DNA of 64,000 nt from Lingula anatina (GCA_051362555.1 CM120641.1:44522401-44586400), one strand, 5' to 3'; numbered from the stretch's first letter, positions 49,796-64,000 are shown. Notes: generated from the letters alone by a model not told the origin. Numbers and translations: made by a program.

Positions 49796-52700
49796 TTTTA
49801 TTTGATGCAAAATACCTCATCCATTGTTCTGGTGATCTTGTAAAATATCTCTTGAAATACTCAATTTTAATGCCTTCCAGTGTAGAAGACTGCTGCACAT
49901 TGGTTTTATAATAGTTTCATCAGTCAACAGCTAAGTCAAAATTATTGTTCTCCAATATTGTGACCCAGTGTTTCACACAGCTGAAGAATTTTTTTTTTCT
50001 GAATTGTAAACTTGTTACATGGGCATCTGCATAATGGTTTTATTACCCGTTGTGGACCTTAAAGAAAATGAGGGGGAAAAAGGATAAAAGGTGTCCTAAT
50101 GTCCATATGTTTCATGATGATTGGCTTGTAACACTTTTTTTTTAAGTTGGACATGGACCCAAGTAGTTGGAACTTCTTGATGGACCCAAGGACATTTTTA
50201 TATTGACTGAAAATATTTTAACATTTCCTGAGATTCAGTTTCAGATTTCACTATTTTTGGTGTTTAAAGTGGGGATTATTTTGATCATGAAGAAGTATTC
50301 CACTTTTCTGATGGGATTTTTATTCACTAGCATAACACACACAAACATTTACAAGTGAATGTAAGTTATTTTCTAGGTTATATTATAATATATTGAAAAT
50401 GATTTGCTTGTGTTTTAGGTCCCAGTTTCGCATTTTATTAAGTCCACTATGCACAAAATATGATAACAAGAGCAAGATCTAAAAGCAAGGTCACATAACA
50501 TAGAGATTTCAAGCATTTGATTCCAATGTTTTTTATTGCAATTTTAGAACCAATTACTTTTCATTAGTTGAAAAGTGATTCTATTTGGTGCTGTATCTTT
50601 ATACTTTTTGATAGGGTTTGTGACTCACAATTGTGATATTTTTTCTTGACTCCAAAGTACTTTTTTAATAAAAAAAACAACATGGAAAGAGATCTGTAAC
50701 ATGCTCATGTTCTTATATTTTAGTCCCACAAGGTCACATAGTTAATTAAGTGTCATAGTACTTCTATATGTAATAGAATTCCTAGCAGTATAGTAGCTTA
50801 TTATACTTTTTCTGTGGGAGTGCATTTTCCCCAGAGACAGATTTTACCATGTTTAAGGGTATTTCCATGAGGAGCATTAATTCCATTTTGGAATACTTTT
50901 CTGTTTTCATGTAATGAAAAATTGAGGTATAAGGGTTGACTGTTACAGGGTTAATGGTTTCTTGTTTTTATTTCATTCAAAAAAATCATTTTTTGTACTT
51001 TTAATTACCTTTCATTACTGTCAAATAAAGTTGTACAGTTAAACCTCATGTTAAAAATCTTCTCATTTCTGAAAGTTGTTACATGAATAATGATATTTAC
51101 TTAATCTTTTGGAACTGTTTAAATATAGTAATAAACAAAAAATTGATAATTTGTTATTTTTTTTAATTCAAGAAGCTACATGAAAAACATTTCTCCATAC
51201 ATATTTGGGACTGAAAGGCCTCTTGGTAGATGGCACCAACAAGCCACATGCTTTAATGTTCAGGTACACTTACCAGAAATGAAACACTCAATGAAGAACT
51301 ACACAAAAGGTCTACAAAAAGCACTAACATACTTAAACTAATTTATAATTATCTACTTTTGACTCTTGCAATGTTGCCTTCTTTGTCCTAACTATTCATC
51401 TAAAAAGTGTTTAAATACAAGGATTATGCTCATGTCAAGAATGATGTTGTTCTCTAGATAAAGAAAAAAGGGCTACTGGCTTTAATGATCTACACTACAG
51501 TATTTTTCTTGAGTCAGAAAACATTCTGCTCAGTCAGTTTTTACTTTCTACATCCTGCAAAGCAAAAATGATTGTTCATATTCTTTACTGAAAATACATG
51601 GTAAAATAAGCCCATATTACATTACCTATATATCCATGTAAACATACCAAATCACAATATTTGAAGCCCGGCAATCCCATTTGACTTCAAGCAACATTGG
51701 CACAATGGAATATTTTGCCTTTTTTTCTTTGTAACCTCCTCTTCATATTTCCCTGATATTCACACTTAGCTACTGTAATAAATGAGAGAATAACAAACAA
51801 CTACTTTTAACAGAAACTCGGTTTACAATGCACGTTAATTTGTTGGACCGTTTTCATGCTTCTCACAGGGGGGCTTCTCATTTTATCCCATTTAAATAAT
51901 AATATTTTTTTAGTTTTTTCAGAGAATATCAGAAATCAAAAATCTATCCACAATTTTTTTAAAACTTATAAAAATTCTGTATCATAAGCATTTTTACTTC
52001 CCCAATATTTTTTAGCAGATAAAGCCAATCTACTAAGAAAAAAATGCTTTCTGGGACTGAAAATATTTTATAGGTATTTCTTTTTTTTTTTTTTTTGTTT
52101 TGTTTTTTACAAGATAAAAATTTCCCAACTGTGTAACCTGCTCCAGCTTAAACAGTTATGACTGAACCTTGCTGACCATTAGAGTGAAGATTGACAACAC
52201 ACAGCATGAAGTGTTTTAATGAGGAAGTTAATGTCATTTTCCCCTCATAAGAGATCGAAAAGAAGAATAATTTGCCAAACCCCCTCATCCTGGTTATCAA
52301 TTATATTGGGGGAAAATGAAAGTACTTCACCAACACTGACAAAATAACTAATACTATACATGTATTTTGCTCTAACAAAACATTTGGGATAACATACAAC
52401 CTCAGCCTTATACAGTAGACACTAACATTGCCACATTAACACAAACCACTAACAGTCCACTGTACATTATCACAAAAAGTTCAGCAGAACATTTAACAGG
52501 AAATATACCAGGAAGTGCCAAGACAAAAATACTCCTGAATTTCCAACAGCCAAAGCCTAAAACCTCGATGTTTAAGATTATAATGGTGTTTATGGAGCCT
52601 GTGAATAACACTATCTCCATATACTAAAGCCAGGTAGATTAGACCTTCATCACTGGCTAATTATACCATTTTGATACCGTATTGTAGCTGTTACAGTAAT

Positions 52701-53532
52701 GAAAAGTACATTTTCTATGATTTATAAATATACTATATACAGTCCATTAGTTCAACATTCTATGTCTATTCTGACAAGCATCTACTCTCTACATCTACTT
52801 CTACATTCATCAAGGCAAGTTTTCAACACAGACAATCAATGGTATTATTTAAGCAATATACAATGTACATAGACAACCTAACATTCTCAAGGCAATCATG
52901 GTACACATCTATTAATGTACAAACAATATCTATTCCTATCACTTTGTATTAAGTGCAACTAGAAGCACCGTAGGTAAAACATATGTGCAAGTGCTACGAT
53001 GACTTATTTACAAAATATAATTCTGTCAGATTGAAAGCATAAAGACCACATTCACTGTTCATGACATGAATATTACACTGAACTTTTATGAAATGGTTGC
53101 ACTTCATTATTTTGCACTGGTGAAAAAAAATTAATGCCCTGAACTCTTCTCTTCTCTTCTCAGAACTAGTGCCAAAATTTTAAAGCAAATTCATACTCTG
53201 GTTGGAAACTTGACCAAAGCCAAATACAACATGTATAACATACATTATTTCTCTTTATATTTTTGGCAATTTCATGTGTACAACAATGAGCAAAGGTTGA
53301 TACACTGAACCACTGTACATAAGACAAAATGATAATGGGAAAAAGAGTAAAGATGTTTTTACCTTTTGATCAAAACAGCCACTTTGTTGACTGTAGTTTT
53401 TGATTATTGACCGTATTCCAATTTAGGGTAGTTTTCACCATTTTTCTGACTTTGGAAAGGGTTACATATAATGATGAAATTCTAAAGATAAACCAATATT
53501 CTTCATTAAAATATATAAACAATTTAGGTATT

Positions 53533-56500
53533 TCATCTTTTTGATGGAGGTATTAAATGATACGGTAACTCAGGGGGAAGATCATGTCCATCTACTTTAA
53601 TAGAAATCAAGTGTTGAGCCAGAGCCCATTCATCTTCATCCAACATGCCATCCTTGTCCACATCTGCCAACTTCCAGATCTTTCCAAGAACATTGTTGGG
53701 TAGCTTCGATTTAACCATCTCTGACTTAGCTGCAGCTCCAGTGATTTTTCCATTGATGGGTCCAAGTCGTTGGAATACGTCATCGTAGTCGTGTCGTTCT
53801 TTATTCACGATCCATTCCTCTTCACCTCGTCCTGCATCAGCTCCCTCCCCTCGGCCAATTCCAAAGGGGCTCTCATTGTACGCCTCGAAAGCTCCGCCTT
53901 GTACACTGGGCTGCTCTGCCATCTCGGCCTCTTCATGGGGTATCATCTGCATGAGACGCGCTATGTCATTGGCCAGCATGAGGTCCACATTTTCAACCAG
54001 CTTCGGCTTGAAGGAGTGGAATTTGGTGAAGTCATGGTGCTCTAGTTGCTCTCGCATGCGATTGATATCCGGGAAGTCGCCGGGCGAGATTTGGTATTCG
54101 CGCTGAATGCCATTGTAGATCTGGTCAAGGTTCTTTATAAGCTCCTTCTTTTTGCTGTCCTTGCCAAACATGGATGGCATCTGTTTTCTGAGTTCACTTA
54201 TGATGTAAGAGTGCACCTGAAATGACAAATATATATACTCTTTTAAACTTATTTATAACATGAAAGACAAACATTCATCAGCACTTGAACATGAGGTTAT
54301 GTTGGGCTGAACGCCACCTACAAGCTCACATATCCAAATATTGTGTCTGGACAAGTTGATAAATTGGGTTGATATCATAGTACTGGTCATCAATCTACCA
54401 TTATGTGCAATATATAGTATATCAGTGCCAGAGGGGGAGGGGGCACATGACTGAATACTACTGATATATGCATAATAAATACAGCAGCAGTGATGAGAAC
54501 CTGATACTGCAAATCATGTGTATTTCACATGCATCTCTGTAATAGAGTCTACAATAGTCTGAAAAGAGTATATGTGTGTGTGTGTGTGTGTGCATACATG
54601 GGTGCAAAGCACAAGTGGGCATCACAAACACCTTTCTGATAAGTATTGCTCATTTGTGTGGTGCATGCATTTTTGCCAGATACATGTACACCATGCCCTG
54701 CTCATGTTCAAGTTCTGCCATGATATTAGTCATTTTACATTCCTAAACCTCAAGTTGGAACTTCCTCCTGCACACAGTCATTACATACATCCCATTTTGT
54801 GTCGTAATTTCTGGATTAAATATCACAGTTCAACTGTTGCAGCATGTATATGATACAATGAGCCTTTTGTAGACACTGATTGCCTAGATATTCAACTAAA
54901 GGTAACCATAATGGCACAAGGCATGCAGGACGAGGGCGGAGGTTCCAGCAGGTGGGCTGGGGATGGGGGAGGAAGGGGAGATGGACAAACTATCCTTTGG
55001 GCCAGGAAAACATCTACCCTGAATCAATACCATTATGGTAAAAAGGTCCATTTTTTCAGGAAGAGCCTGAAATTGCTGGCTTCAGGCCCAGGCACTATAA
55101 CATAAAGTCATATGAAGCCTAAATTACCACTATATTTCACTGTGTGGTGGAATGTGCAACAGCTTTCCACGGTTATATGTGGTGGAGTTCATAAAATAAT
55201 CATGATCAATATAATTTGTGAAATGATCTTTATCAAGATTTTATGAGGTTTTCTGATGTATATTGTATTTAAAAGTAAATTGAAAAATAGTTTACATTGT
55301 AAATTATAAGGCTAAATATATTTTTTGATAACACAAGTTATCTTGATATATTTATCTCATGTTTATAAGATATCGTTAATAACTGATACCAAAATATAAA
55401 CATTTTGTCCTGTGATTCCTTAGTTGAGACTATACTATGTGTTGAATGCAAACTAGTGGTTTCACACTATCCCTACTAGACAACATGCAGCCTATATACC
55501 ACATATGACCTTCACATGTTTTACAACACAGTCATCACATCCTTCACATATCAAGACCATTTCTCTCATATTTTTCTCAAGACAAGGAATTGTCTTCATG
55601 TTTTTAATTCACCTCAACAGTTGTCAGCTTGACAACCATCGGATAGTATGAATAATTTGAAAATATGCTGACGAAATAGTTCATTGTAATAGCTTTATAT
55701 AGATGTATCTAATTCTCTGTATATAACTCATGGAAGCAAGTGCAAGGAAGATGTTAATGTTGGTGAATTTGGGCTCAGATAACACCCTTCTCCATGCAAA
55801 CCAGAAAATGTCACTTATTACAATTACAAATACAAGATTCAACCAACACAGAATCAAACATACAAAGAACAAAGCATAACAGCCTAACTCGTCTCACTGC
55901 AATTAAGGGTAGAGGGAGGGATATAGACCAGCCAGATAGGAAAACATAATCATGAAGCTACTAGATCTATTACTCCTGACTCCTAGGAAAGCTATAAATT
56001 TCATTTGGCTATCATGGCTTGTTTGCTATGGAAGTGTTCAAGGATTAAGAATACTGGTACACTTTCACATCCAAAACATACACAATTTAGTGCAAGTTTG
56101 GGTCAAAGAAGCCAGTTTTGTTTCTACGATTTCTGTCTACTTTATAGGAAATCAGCACAGTCATGTGAGATTATGTGCTTTCATATCCAGATTGGTCTAT
56201 ATCCCTGCTTATGCTAATGGTCTTCATTTCCTGGAAAGCACATTGTCATCATTTCCACAATTTCTATCATTCGCTTTCCAAACTGTACAGCTATATTATA
56301 CAGTGCATTAGATGACATTTTCCAGGCCAGCATTTTGTCTGGATTTTATCAATAGGAAGAAGTACCAACAATCCTACATAGTTCAATGAGATCCCACGCC
56401 CTTTCAAAAATACTAATATTTTGAATAGCTACAACACTGAGAAAATCTTGTAGTAGGTACTACTGGGAATGACACAGTACTAGTACACACATACTTAGGA

Positions 56501-58512
56501 AACAAATGATACCTAATTGAATCTAAAGTATTTGTGTACTGGGGGCCAAAAGAACCCTTAGGATGGTCCTCCTATAAAATTCTATTGTTCCACTATTGGG
56601 CCCTACCTTAATGATAAAATACATTTCAAGCACCAAAGTGGGAAAGTTTGATCCCTCTGAAGATAGAAGATCAAAATTAGTTGTTGTCTATGGGGCAGAT
56701 TATGATTTTAAACTTGGAAAAACAAAAAATAAAGGCTCAGTTGCTCTGCATTAAGACACAGAATAAAGCAAATATTAAAAACTTTATTTTCAATACTTAT
56801 GAAAGGGAGGAAGATTCCCAGAAGGAAAGAAATCCCTACTGACTGTTTAAGATTTAGTGACACACTTCCTGATCCTAGCCAGAGCATCAACTTCTATTTT
56901 AGTACAGACATCTACCTGAAGTTTCAGTATCATATGATTATTAAAAACATTTACAAGAATTCTGAAAAAAATTATAAATTAGTCTGTACAAGCTGGCTGA
57001 AAATTTAATTTGTAATCCTGATCAATTGAAAAAATGATACCACTGTTTACATAAGTAATATAACCAAATAGGTATGAAGTATGATACAATATATATATAG
57101 TACAAGGTAACATCATAACCTTAACTGTTCCATTAATGAGTATTATAGTTAATCTTTAAATATCCATGATATCATTCTTGAGGGAGACCTGATTAGATAA
57201 GCAAACAGGTTAATGATAGAGCACATGCTGTCCTAGTTTAGAACTGAAGTGGTATTATGGCATAGATCATAGGATCCTCTTAAGGCACTAATAAAACAAA
57301 AAATGAACCAGGAAGAAAGATTAACTTTCCCTATGAATCATGTTTAATTTTTAGAGGGGAAAACCTTATCAACATAGAAAGTCAAAAGACATTCAAGTGA
57401 CAAATAAAAAATGATAAAGGTATATTCACTCTGTGATGTTAGTTACAGGTCCAATGGAACTACATGACAGATTTGGCAGTAGTAAATTTGAAACATATTC
57501 AGTCACAAGTCCAATCAGGCTAGTAGAAATTTAAGCAGTTATTTGAGTTTCTTATAATATATAGTTATCTGTATAATTTACCCTAAAAAATACCAACCTT
57601 TGCCAAACGTGCCCGCTTTATCAGGTCATTCAACTTTCTAAGCGCTGCATTTCGAGGGAGGCTCTGCAGATCCTTAAAGAGATCTTGTTCTTCTAGGTCA
57701 AACAGCTTCCTGTTGGTGTCGTACTGCAGAGGCTGGTCCCAGTATGAACCAATATACACCCTGGCCACTTCTGGAGTGTTGATCACTTTTCCCAGCGACC
57801 ACATCAGAGCTCCATAAACACGCATCAACTGCTGAGCATTGACATGGTCGGCCTTGTTCAGCACAATGCGGACTTTATCCTCATATCCTTTTAAGTGAGA
57901 TATGGCCCGCCGAAACTCATCGGAAATGTCAAGTTTGTGAGCGTCAAAAAGAAGGATGATACGGTCCACTCTCTCAGCAAACCATTCTAAAACACCTGCA
58001 AAATCATACCCCCTGTCCACGCGCTGTTTCTCCCCTGACAAAATACCTGGGGTGTCCACTATTGAGATGCTCTCAAGTACAGAGTTTTTGACGGTGGAAC
58101 ACTGAAGCCGGTTTAGGAATGCATTCCCGAATTTTGTCAGAGGTCGAAATTGCTTCTTTGGGTCGACCACTAGGGCATTGCCTGGCGTCACACCTTCGTG
58201 GGCGCCGTGCATCACAACGATAAATCGATCGGTCGTGGGTTCGGGACCAATGCGCATTCCGGGAAATTCCTGCTCAAGGAGATACTTGATGAACGTGGTT
58301 TTACCTGTAGAGTACTGCCCGACTAGAAGGATCATAGGGTTTGCTTCAAAATCTGGGTCATCAAGCTGAGGGGAGTGGAAATCATGAAATTTGTACTGTT
58401 CTTCCAGGGGCAGAAGTTTCGTTTTGTATAACTTCTTCAACCCGTCGACCACGGTGGCGAATACCTCCGGCTCTTTCTTTCGCCGTTCGTCTTTCCCTAT
58501 CCATGACCACAT
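53533..58512 (-). CDS. EHD1: EH domain-containing protein (EHD1/3, Past1/RME-1 type), 2 exons, 532 aa
   Basis: Exons 58512-57598 and 54216-53533 join in phase 0 (LAK|VHS). P-loop GQYSTGKT, GPEPTTD, DTPG, NKAD, and a C-terminal EH domain (KIWKLADVDKDGMLD). Confidence 0.96.
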
Positions 58513-58830
58513 TTTGTTTGGAGTGTTTCTATGTGCCTATGCCCCGGTTTCAGAATTCTTGTGACTTGTCTGAGTTGTCGGCTTGACTCACCTAAGCGGA
58601 AGTTGACGCCAAAGATCAATGCGCATGTATTTTGACCCAATTTAAGTGGTCTGATATTTTGCGACACAAATTTAGTCTTTGACGAAAAAAATGCTACTTT
58701 ATACGACATCATACGTTTAACCTGTCAATAATATAGCAATATTTCTTATAAACAGTCAATGTGAAATCATCTTGCAAATCCTTTTCCCGCGAGAAACACG
58801 TGCCAGATGACGTCATGAATGTTTTGGTAA
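58513..58830. promoter_or_regulatory. Bidirectional promoter between EHD and YPEL5
   Basis: CpG-rich interval between divergent genes with TGACTCA (58584), CGGAAGT (58597), TGCGCATG (58620), TCCCGCGAGA (58785), CACGTG (58797) and TGACGTCA (58808). Confidence 0.65.
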
Positions 58831-59614
58831 GGGAGAAGTTGGATCAGCTGGAGCAGCAGACTCTACACTCGTTCAGAAAGTTGACCTCTCTATAAGTACT
58901 GGAATTAAATAGATGCTATACATTGAGCAAGTGGAACAAATAAGTCAATTTTATAACCAGAGCTTTGTCAACCAAGGGTAGGTGCATAACCAACTGTGTA
59001 CATGCTCAGTGAAAATTGTAAACAAACGACCGATGTTGAGTTGAACTATCAAGATGGCGATGGCCTTTTAATTTTGTTTAGATTTGCCATTGTTTCAATA
59101 ATGCAAGGAATATGACAGGGTAAGACACTGAAAAAACATAAACACAGGGCGCTTTAATGTGTACGTTAGAAATTCTGATCAATAGAAAAATACGCTCGGT
59201 TTGTACTTGACAAAGTGTCTGGAAAAACAACATCCATGAAATCTGTCAATTATTTATGCATTCCTGTAAATTCTGTCTTATTTATTTGTTAAAACTAGAC
59301 CACTTAGGCCACACATTCTAAACCATTGGAGGCCTGTTGTTGACATTTTCATTGATAAAAAAATAATAGTGTAAACTTTCAGAACATATTTTTTGACAGT
59401 CAGAAATGACAAATCACATGTGATTGCTCCAATTTTATAAACAATTTTGTCCAAAGTTTTATTTCTCAACTCTCACCTGTTTGCAGTGTTTGGGGTGTTT
59501 GCTTTTGTAAGATCTCTAGAAATTTGAGTGCTGTGATGCTGCTAGTCATGTTATTACAAACTTAATTTTCACAAGCCTTGTGCTTAATTGTGCCATTCCC
59601 TTTCAGTTTTCAAA

Positions 59615-59986
59615 ATGGGGAGAATATTCCTGGATCACATAGGTGGCACACGGCTGTTCTCTTGCGCCAGCTGTGATACCCCACTGACCAATCGTGCTGA
59701 GTTGATCTCCACAAGATTCACTGGAGCCACAGGAAGAGCTTTCTTGTTCAACAAAGTTGTTAACCTTAATTACAGTGAGGTTCAGGACAGAGTGATGCTG
59801 ACAGGGCGACACATGGTCCGAGATGTTTCGTGCAAAAACTGTGATGCAAAACTTGGCTGGGTGTATGAGTTTGCCACAGAGGAAAACCAGCGTTACAAAG
59901 AAGGGAAAGTAATTCTAGAAAGAGCACTAGTCACAGAGAGTGAAGGCTTTGAAGATCAAGGGGGAAATGACAATAATAATACGTGA
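59615..59986 (+). CDS. YPEL5: Protein yippee-like 5, 123 aa, single coding exon
   Basis: [20 protein letters not shown]...[12 protein letters not shown]...[16 protein letters not shown]...YKEGK with two CxxC motifs. Acceptor at 59606; likely upstream exon ends at 58977 (GTAGGT donor). Confidence 0.96.
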   Translation: MGRIFLDHIGGTRLFSCASCDTPLTNRAELISTRFTGATGRAFLFNKVVNLNYSEVQDRVMLTGRHMVRDVSCKNCDAKLGWVYEFATEENQRYKEGKVILERALVTESEGFEDQGGNDNNNT

Positions 59987-60858
59987 TTGTACCCTGCAGT
60001 GACAGCCGAGATGAATACAGAAATAAGACAGTGCTGTTACTTGTCTGTCTATTTACAGAACTCTGGGTAACTGGAAGACCTTTGAACTAAACTGATTGTT
60101 TATATCAGGTAAATTCAGCTTACAAGACTCTATACCATGTGACCCAACAAACTGGAGTGGTTGAATGATGGACAAGTTAAGATCAGAGTGTGTGTTGTAC
60201 CATAGCATCAGCATTTAGGTGCACTTGCTATCTTGCAGAAATAACATGTTCAATGCAGCTTTAGCAGAAAAGTGACTGGATTCTACAGCTAAATCAAGAC
60301 AGTTTATATTCCAGTGATCTAAAATGCCAAAGGAATACATTTCTTGTTGTTATTGGCCATCTTTCCATTGAATTTTACATGGAAATGTCCTTCCTCTTTC
60401 ATTGATAATAAATTACGAATAATTTTTCAATTGTGAGTAAGCTGCAATGTTCCTTAAACCAATAAGCTGAGGCATTGATGAAAAGATTTGACACCAGACA
60501 TGTAAAAAGTTTGGGAGTTTTTCAGAGTTATTAGCCCAGTCTGACTATTGGAAGTTTTATCAGTTGTTTTACAATAATTTCCATTATCAATGGATTTCAT
60601 CTATTGATCTGTAAGTAACTAGGAGACTAGAAAGCATGAGCTGCTGACTGTATGGAATGATTAATCTTCAGATCCAAAAGTGATTGGAAATGAGCAACAT
60701 TGGGAAGATTCTACGTAAACAGTTATGTTAGTCATCTCACAAGGCAGACACTTTTGAAAAACTGGAGAGGATTGATGTGGCAGTGTATATATTTAAAATT
60801 TTGGAAACAGCAAAATGAACTTTTATTGGTAGTCTTGGAAAATGGGAATTCAGTCTTT

Positions 60859-61083
60859 GGGTGCATTCCCAGAGATTTAAAACGATCCAGAGATTTAGAT
60901 TTAGATCGACCTAACTCCCTGGGGGTTCACGCTAAATTGCAGTCAGCCGAGCGCGCACCATAGTTAATTACCCCCTTACAGCTTTTAGTAGGCTGGACAG
61001 ACGCTTAAGCCGTCTAAGCTGACAGTAATCTAGTGAGACTCCCCACAAGGATAGATCGATCTAAAATCTATGGGAATGGGGTC
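60859..61083 (+). mobile_element. MITE family B, copy downstream of the YPEL5 stop
   Basis: 225 bp, TTT on both sides; near-identical to 44147-44371. Confidence 0.9.
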
Positions 61084-62358
61084 TTTGATATTGATGATTG
61101 CAATTGTGGTAGACAATGGAGAAAGTGAAAACAAGTCATTTGTTAGAAAGTATATTGATGAATTGATGAGAGAAAATTTCTAAGTCATTGTTGGCAAGAA
61201 CCGTCCTGCAAATTCAATTAATGGATATTTCAATACAAAATTATAAATGGTGATTTAAATATTGTCCTTTAACACGTGTTATGATTGATTATATTAATAT
61301 CATAAGAACTTCACATTATACTTCTATGCTTAAGCAGTAAAACAGATATAGAATATTTAAAAGAATTAATGTCTTCTTTCATTCGAAGTGAGAGCATGAA
61401 CCTCTCTTACTTATTGGTTAATTTATCAGTGTGTTGGAAGAAACGTCTTACGTTCTACTGGACTTATATGTTTCTAAGGATTGTGTTCAGAAGTTTGTAT
61501 TTAAAGCAAATATTCAAAATTGCATGTAAATTGTGTTTTAATCAGAAATTAAAAAGAGCTTTCGTTTTTCGTTCTGCGATGCAAAGGAACATCCCTGCTT
61601 GGGAAAATACACGGGGTAATCCCCTTCAGTAATATAAATAAACGGAAAAGACGCAAAATGTTACCGATAAAAGAGATTTTCAGGAATGCATAGGTCACAA
61701 TTACCAAGTTTTGAAAAAAAAAAAAAGAGAGGAGGAGGCGCTTTATCATTATCCATAATGTTTTGCTGTTAGAAATGAGCTCTTCGGGATTTTTCTTGCT
61801 AACATTTCATTTACACATCAGTTGCGATCGATCATCTGTCGCAACTACAGCAGTTGCGTTAGGGAGCACACTAGTTCTACTGATTGCCACCGACTTGGGG
61901 TCACCTTTCATCATCCCGAGTTTTGGGTGAAAAGGTGCATTTTCACGGGAGAAGCAGCCACTGGGTGCTGACAATGAAAACTCTCGGAATTCTGGAACCA
62001 TAAAAGCTAGAGACCTTATTTCATAAAAGCCATCTTTTATTATCAAAAATAAAAAAATACTTTTTTACCTGACAAATTATGGTGTCCCTTAGACATAGTC
62101 ATATTTGTTCAAGATTAAGAAATTGGTAACACCACTTTATTCTAAGGCAGGTCAAGGCATCCAATTGCACGTTTCAGTTAATAAGAATGAAATTAATTAA
62201 TAAGAAAAAAAATAAAGATATAAAGAAAAAAACTGCACATCGTCTCTACTGATTTAAATCTATCCAGGTAAGTGACAAAATCATTATCCTTCGTTTCATT
62301 ATGAAACCGATATTTGTTCTTCTTTCTTCCAAAAGGTTGTCTTCATATCAGTCTGTCT

Positions 62359-64000
62359 TTAGGTAGCACGTGATGACTTCAAACACTTGGCTTTTACTGT
62401 AGATTCGGCCACATCATCCATTGAGTTGGCTTGAATGCTCTTGTCAATTCCTTGCAACTTTGCAAGGAAATCTTTGACGCTGGCTGCATACAACATCTTC
62501 TGTTTAATTATAGCATTCTCAGGACTCCTACGAAATAAAACAATGGACTTGAGTAACATAATCTTCCCCAATATCCAAAAAGGAAGTTTACTATTAATTA
62601 ACAAATGCATACACGTTTAAGTGTTTAAGTTTAAGTGTCAGAAACCAACATTTCTCCTTAGCTGATATTATTCATTTCTCTGATCAGTATGAACAAAGAT
62701 CTCCCCCTGCACCATTAAACACTTCTTGTCAAACAAGTAAAAAAAATTGGCTCAATAAAGGCATGGGCTTGAATTAAAAAAAAAAAAGCTATACAAATGA
62801 AAAAAAATTAATAAAAATAGTTAAGTACACCATAAGAGTTCATAAATATGAAAACTTCAAAATTATTGAGATATAATTTATCATTTAACTAGTACAGTCA
62901 CAGAACTGCATAGCTCATTGTAGGAGAACAGTGATGCAGGATGAGATTTAGCAACAAGAGGATAAATAAAAATTAATTATTGTAATTTATTTTAACAAGC
63001 AAACAATGACACATTTAATGCACCTTATCAATTAAGCTATTTATTTGAATATTGACTAGAATACATAATGTAAATAAAAAAAGTTGACTACGTATTAGAC
63101 GGGGTATATATATATTTTTAGCAGAAGAAGCACAGATTAATTGAAGTTCATTAAGATTTATTTTTCTCGTAAATGTATTATGGTATTATTACTCACCAGC
63201 TGAAAAAAATAATAGAGCTCTTCCACGTTGAATTTTCCTGTGTGTACCCATAGTCAAAAAGAGCGTAACAGCACTCTCTTTTTTCTTCTGTATCTCTTAG
63301 GTAATCAAGGAATTCTTGATAGGCCTTATCTGCAATACAATTTAAACATATGAATGTGGGAATCCAATGAACAATTAAGTTATGTTATTTTTTTGTTGTT
63401 TTAATCAAAAACATATGATCGGAATTAAATATCCAAGTTTTATCATTGTCAGAGACTACGAGTAAATACACTGTACAAGATGCACTACACTCAGCAGCGT
63501 ATTTAGGGGGGTGTCGGAGATCCTGACCCCCTCTTCGATTTCTGAAAAAAACTCACATCAATGGCCCCCTCTTGAAATTAGATATTGACTAGCTGAATCA
63601 TAGTTCTAAACCGTACCAAATGGCACCGTTCGCCCCCTAAATACCAATAACTTTTTGGGCCCTGAACCCCACGTCAAGGGGGGGGGGGGGACGGCTTCGC
63701 ATCCGCGGATCCCCCTTCAACTCCTGCATCCACCCCTGTACACTGTTTGCACAAATGAATGTCCACGCTATGTTACCCATATCAGTACTTATCTTTCCCA
63801 ATACATATACTTCAAAAGCAGTAAAGGGGTACTTATTTGTAATATGTTAAAAAGCTACTTAGTAGTTTCAACAAACCTTGTTCTTCCTGATCTTGTTGGC
63901 CAGAACTGCAGCTAGTACGATCTACACCTATCGCTGAGAGGGCCTTGCCATTATGGTCTACGATTTTAAAGATGACATAGGCATATTTCTTATTCATTTT
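62359..64000 (-). CDS. ADF/cofilin family protein, 3' part (5' end outside window)
   Basis: Exons 64000-63877 (KMNKKYAYVIFKI...), 63329-63197 (YQEFLDYL...CCYALFDY...IIFFS) and 62527-62359 (WSPENAIIKQKMLYAAS...IQANSMDDV) are phase-compatible; WSP..A..K.KMLYA.S is the ADF-H signature. Confidence 0.9.
63492..63738 (+). mobile_element. hAT-like MITE (family C) in cofilin intron
   Basis: Termini cagcagcgtatttagggg ... ctcctgcatccacccctg; TACACT on both sides (63486-63491, 63739-63744). Confidence 0.78.

Noticed and set aside
53770-58586. Plus-strand ORFs within EHD, including the 119-aa intronic one
   Set aside because: Antisense shadows or AT-rich chance ORFs.
60700-60963. 87-aa ORF (and the similar 9991-10242 ORF)
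   Set aside because: Runs into a family B MITE; no transposase similarity.
61540-62060. GC-richer patch with a small hairpin between YPEL5 and cofilin
   Set aside because: No recognisable RNA gene, TIR pair or protein motif could be supported by eye.

Overview
AT-rich, intron-containing animal genomic DNA, probably a marine invertebrate (lophotrochozoan-like; inference only). Exons were assembled by hand from GT-AG boundaries and reading phase. In order, the window holds: the 5' part of an ankyrin-repeat gene (-); three tandem iodotyrosine deiodinase (IYD) copies (+), the first broken by an internal deletion and the other two intact; a ~5.9 kb segment with a deleted mariner element and an intronless orphan class A GPCR (-); a 24-exon gene (-) that reads in one frame as a CFAP97/KIAA1430 (Hemingway-type) ciliary domain fused to an eight-repeat (double-core) annexin of ~924 aa; a 15-exon TTLL15-family gene (+) with an N-terminal transmembrane anchor; EHD (-) and YPEL5 (+) head-to-head; and the 3' part of an ADF/cofilin gene (-). 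Several MITE families are present, with target-site duplications and visible empty sites, plus a Penelope-type minimal hammerhead motif. The top candidate for an undescribed system is the CFAP97-annexin fusion. No database searches were possible, so novelty is unverified.
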